A DNA stretch of 64,000 nucleotides from Chara braunii (lineage: Eukaryota > Plantae > Charophyceae), in assembly GCA_003427395.1 (NCBI GenBank), contig BFEA01000022.1, positions 5,288,289 through 5,352,288 on the forward strand, given 5' to 3'. A program made the translations under genes and the position numbers. Positions 61,706 to 64,000 of this stretch are shown here, piece by piece. How positions within the stretch are numbered: the stretch's first letter is position 1; the number at the start of each line of letters is the position of its first letter. The notes below the pieces were generated by a model that was given only the letters and a program-made list of their open reading frames with translations, ran no database searches and had not been told where the DNA came from.

Positions 61706-64000
61706 GCGTATGGAATGAACTAAGTAATGCGGATTTTGAGAATGGAAGTGACATGCATGCGGAATTGGCAGGGCTAGAAAAAACTGAGCAAAATAACATG
61801 GAAAAAGATACATGTGAATTTGGCAAAGCGGGAGATTGAGGAAAGAATGACGGGAGGCATGGATCGCACGGGCCAAAGAGCCAAGTAGAAAAGGCATTAA
61901 GGGGGACGAAAGCCGGAAAAAGGGGCCTGGTTGGCAAGGGATGGGAGGAGGATCAACCAAAGGGCGCTTGGGATGGCAAGGCTCGAGGGAGAAGCGGGGG
62001 CAGCGAAAGGAGGAAAAACTGAAAAAGGTTTTTTTTTTTTTTGAGGGTGAGGAACGAGAAGAAAGGAGGATTGATGCTTTGGGAGTGGTGAATGAGACGA
62101 AAGGGTTTTTTTGATGTTTTAAGAGTGATGAATGAGACGAAAGGGGTTTTTCTTGATGTTTTAAGAATGATGAATAAGACAAATGGGGTTTTTGATGTAC
62201 TACGGGTGATGAATGAGACGTGAGAAGCCTAAAAGAAAGCTTGACCCTATACACCCCTCCCCGTTCCAAGGCCGTAAACTAGAAGAAAATCGAGAAAGGA
62301 GCAAGAAAAGACAAAATGGACCCTGACAAACTACCTACCTTATAACATCTCCTCCTCCTCTCCCGTCTATCCCTCAAAAACCCACTAACAAGAGATTGGT
62401 GCGCGATGAGGACATTGCGAATGAGTGGGGGGAATGTGTCGGGACAGGTGAGTCCCGAATAACTTCCCATCACTTGAGAGACATAATATGGGCAAACTGA
62501 GCACAACAGAGAAATCTGGAGTGAGGAGACAGGAGAGAGAAAAAACAAAGGATTAGGTCACGGGAGGGAGTGATGCCCTGGGGTGAGAACCACAGGAGGA
62601 AAGAACTAGCGACGGCAAGCAAGTGAGCGCAAGAACAGGGCCAAATAAAACATAGCATGAGGCCGGGAGGGCCGCTGGAATGCAATAAGACTAAGGCCAA
62701 AGGGCCCTTGAACCAGCAAATGCAGCACGACAGCGATAAAGGAATGAGGGAGTCGAGGGATGGGCGGCCCAGAGGCCGCGGGAAGCCAGAGAATGAAGGG
62801 CCAACATGGGAGCCACCTACGGGAGCCTCGGAGCGGAGCCCCACGACCAAAGAAATCGGCGCGCACAAGGCGCGAGGAAAAACAAGGGAGAGGGGTCGCT
62901 ATGGGGCGACAAGACGCCCAAGGGGCGCGGGACACCTCGGGGAAAGGCACCCAGGGCCACGTGGGACTAAGTAAAAATAATGGCATCAGGGGCGGAATGT
63001 GTCGGGGACCGCCTACGGGGACTAAGTGCCGGGGATCGCAGGCGGGACTAAGTGTCGGGGACCACCAGCGGGACAAGTGCCGGGGACATGTGAAAGTCCC
63101 AAGAAGAAACGGCGACACTGCATGAGGGAAAATAATAAATGCAAGGTGCGCCGTCAAGATCGACATCTTGACGACCAAGAATATTAGCACCACCAAGCAC
63201 TAGTGGTAACAAACGGGAAGACCAAAAGGAAAAGAAAAGGTAAAGAAACTTGAGGTGGGTGGCATGGGAGCAATCCGAAAAATCTCGGATCAGCCTCCCT
63301 CAAGAAAATGGAGAAAAAAAAGACCCCATGTGAAAAATAGCCCTCCGGGAGAAAATCGGAGTAGAAGGGGCCACTATGGGAGGAAAATAGGAGTGAAGGG
63401 AAGCTCGCATGAGCATGAGAAGGGCATTATTACAGTCCGAGATATAACGGATTGCACTTCGGGCATAGGAAGGGCCAAAACTAAGAGGAAGAGGCTAGAA
63501 AAGGGCCTTAACGGCCACTGGACACTTGGCGTGCTAGAAAAAAAAAGAGAAAAGAAAAGAAAATGTGGGAGAATAAAACAAAAAGGGTGAGATGGAGTGA
63601 GTGAGTTGGCCGTTAGTAGGGACTGCCACAAATAGGGACTGGCAGGTCCCTACTGTCCAAGAAAAGAGGAAAATAAAAGAAAAGAAAAAGAAACGAAAAG
63701 AAAAGAAAAGAAAAGAGAAAAATGCCTCAACGGTAAAAAACGGCCACTTGGGGAGATTCGTCCGTGACCAGATTCATTCTGGAATATGGCGGTTACAAAG
63801 GACTTGGATTTCCTTCGATTTTTGCAGAGAAAATCAAAGAAAATCAAGGCCCCATGCAACCGGAATAAAATGGATTACATGCATGAGGAGAAACACATGT
63901 TTTAGGTGCACCCAGAGCCAAAATCAAGTCCGGATGCACTTGGGAATTGACCGTTTCTTTTTCTTTTGAGTAGGGGCTAGTTGTAGGGCATTGGGGCTGG

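Larger units (their letters stand above)
52774..64000 (+). mobile_element. 5'-truncated Ty3/Gypsy LTR retrotransposon
   Basis: Domain order PR-RT-RH-INT, PPT, and a 3' LTR that appears to run to the window end. Confidence 0.95.

Noticed and set aside
61253-63590. ORFs inside the putative 3' LTR (e.g. 338 aa on the minus strand)
   Set aside because: They arise from tandem repeats and purine/pyrimidine strand skew and show no protein motifs.

Overview
Eukaryotic, transposon-saturated scaffold segment with three N gaps and no confidently intact host gene. The element types suggest a plant-lineage genome, possibly a Chara-like charophyte; that is inference only. Recognisable coding remnants are a decayed PIF/Harbinger pair (transposase C-terminus plus a convergent Myb/SANT-trihelix ORF, about 19.4-23 kb), an L1/Tx1-type 3' fragment (23.0-24.5 kb), a near full-length decayed L1/Tx1-type LINE (27.6-36.0 kb) and a 5'-truncated Ty3/Gypsy element (52.8-64 kb) with PR, RT, RH, INT, an extra ORF, a PPT and the start of its 3' LTR. 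Non-coding elements include TIR-bounded Harbinger and Mutator derivatives, a tRNA-derived SINE-like head, an LTR end with a Met-i PBS, and a family of 1.4-2 kb TGTC...CGACA LTR-like units ending in a covarying hairpin. The most unusual signal is an array of about 17 stem-loops at 5.5-6.75 kb with repeat-spacer architecture. Its apical hairpin (CCCT-TAAGTT-AGGG) is conserved, while its 8-bp lower stem changes sequence between units but keeps pairing, with a strong G-T over A-C bias on the + strand. It appears to lie in the 3' UTR of an LTR retroelement. A candidate -1 frameshift site (T TTT TTA) between protease and RT of the Gypsy element and a structurally conserved switch/TATA cassette in the LTR-like family also stand out. 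All alignments, pairings and counts were done by eye; boundaries not fixed by TIRs or TSDs are approximate.
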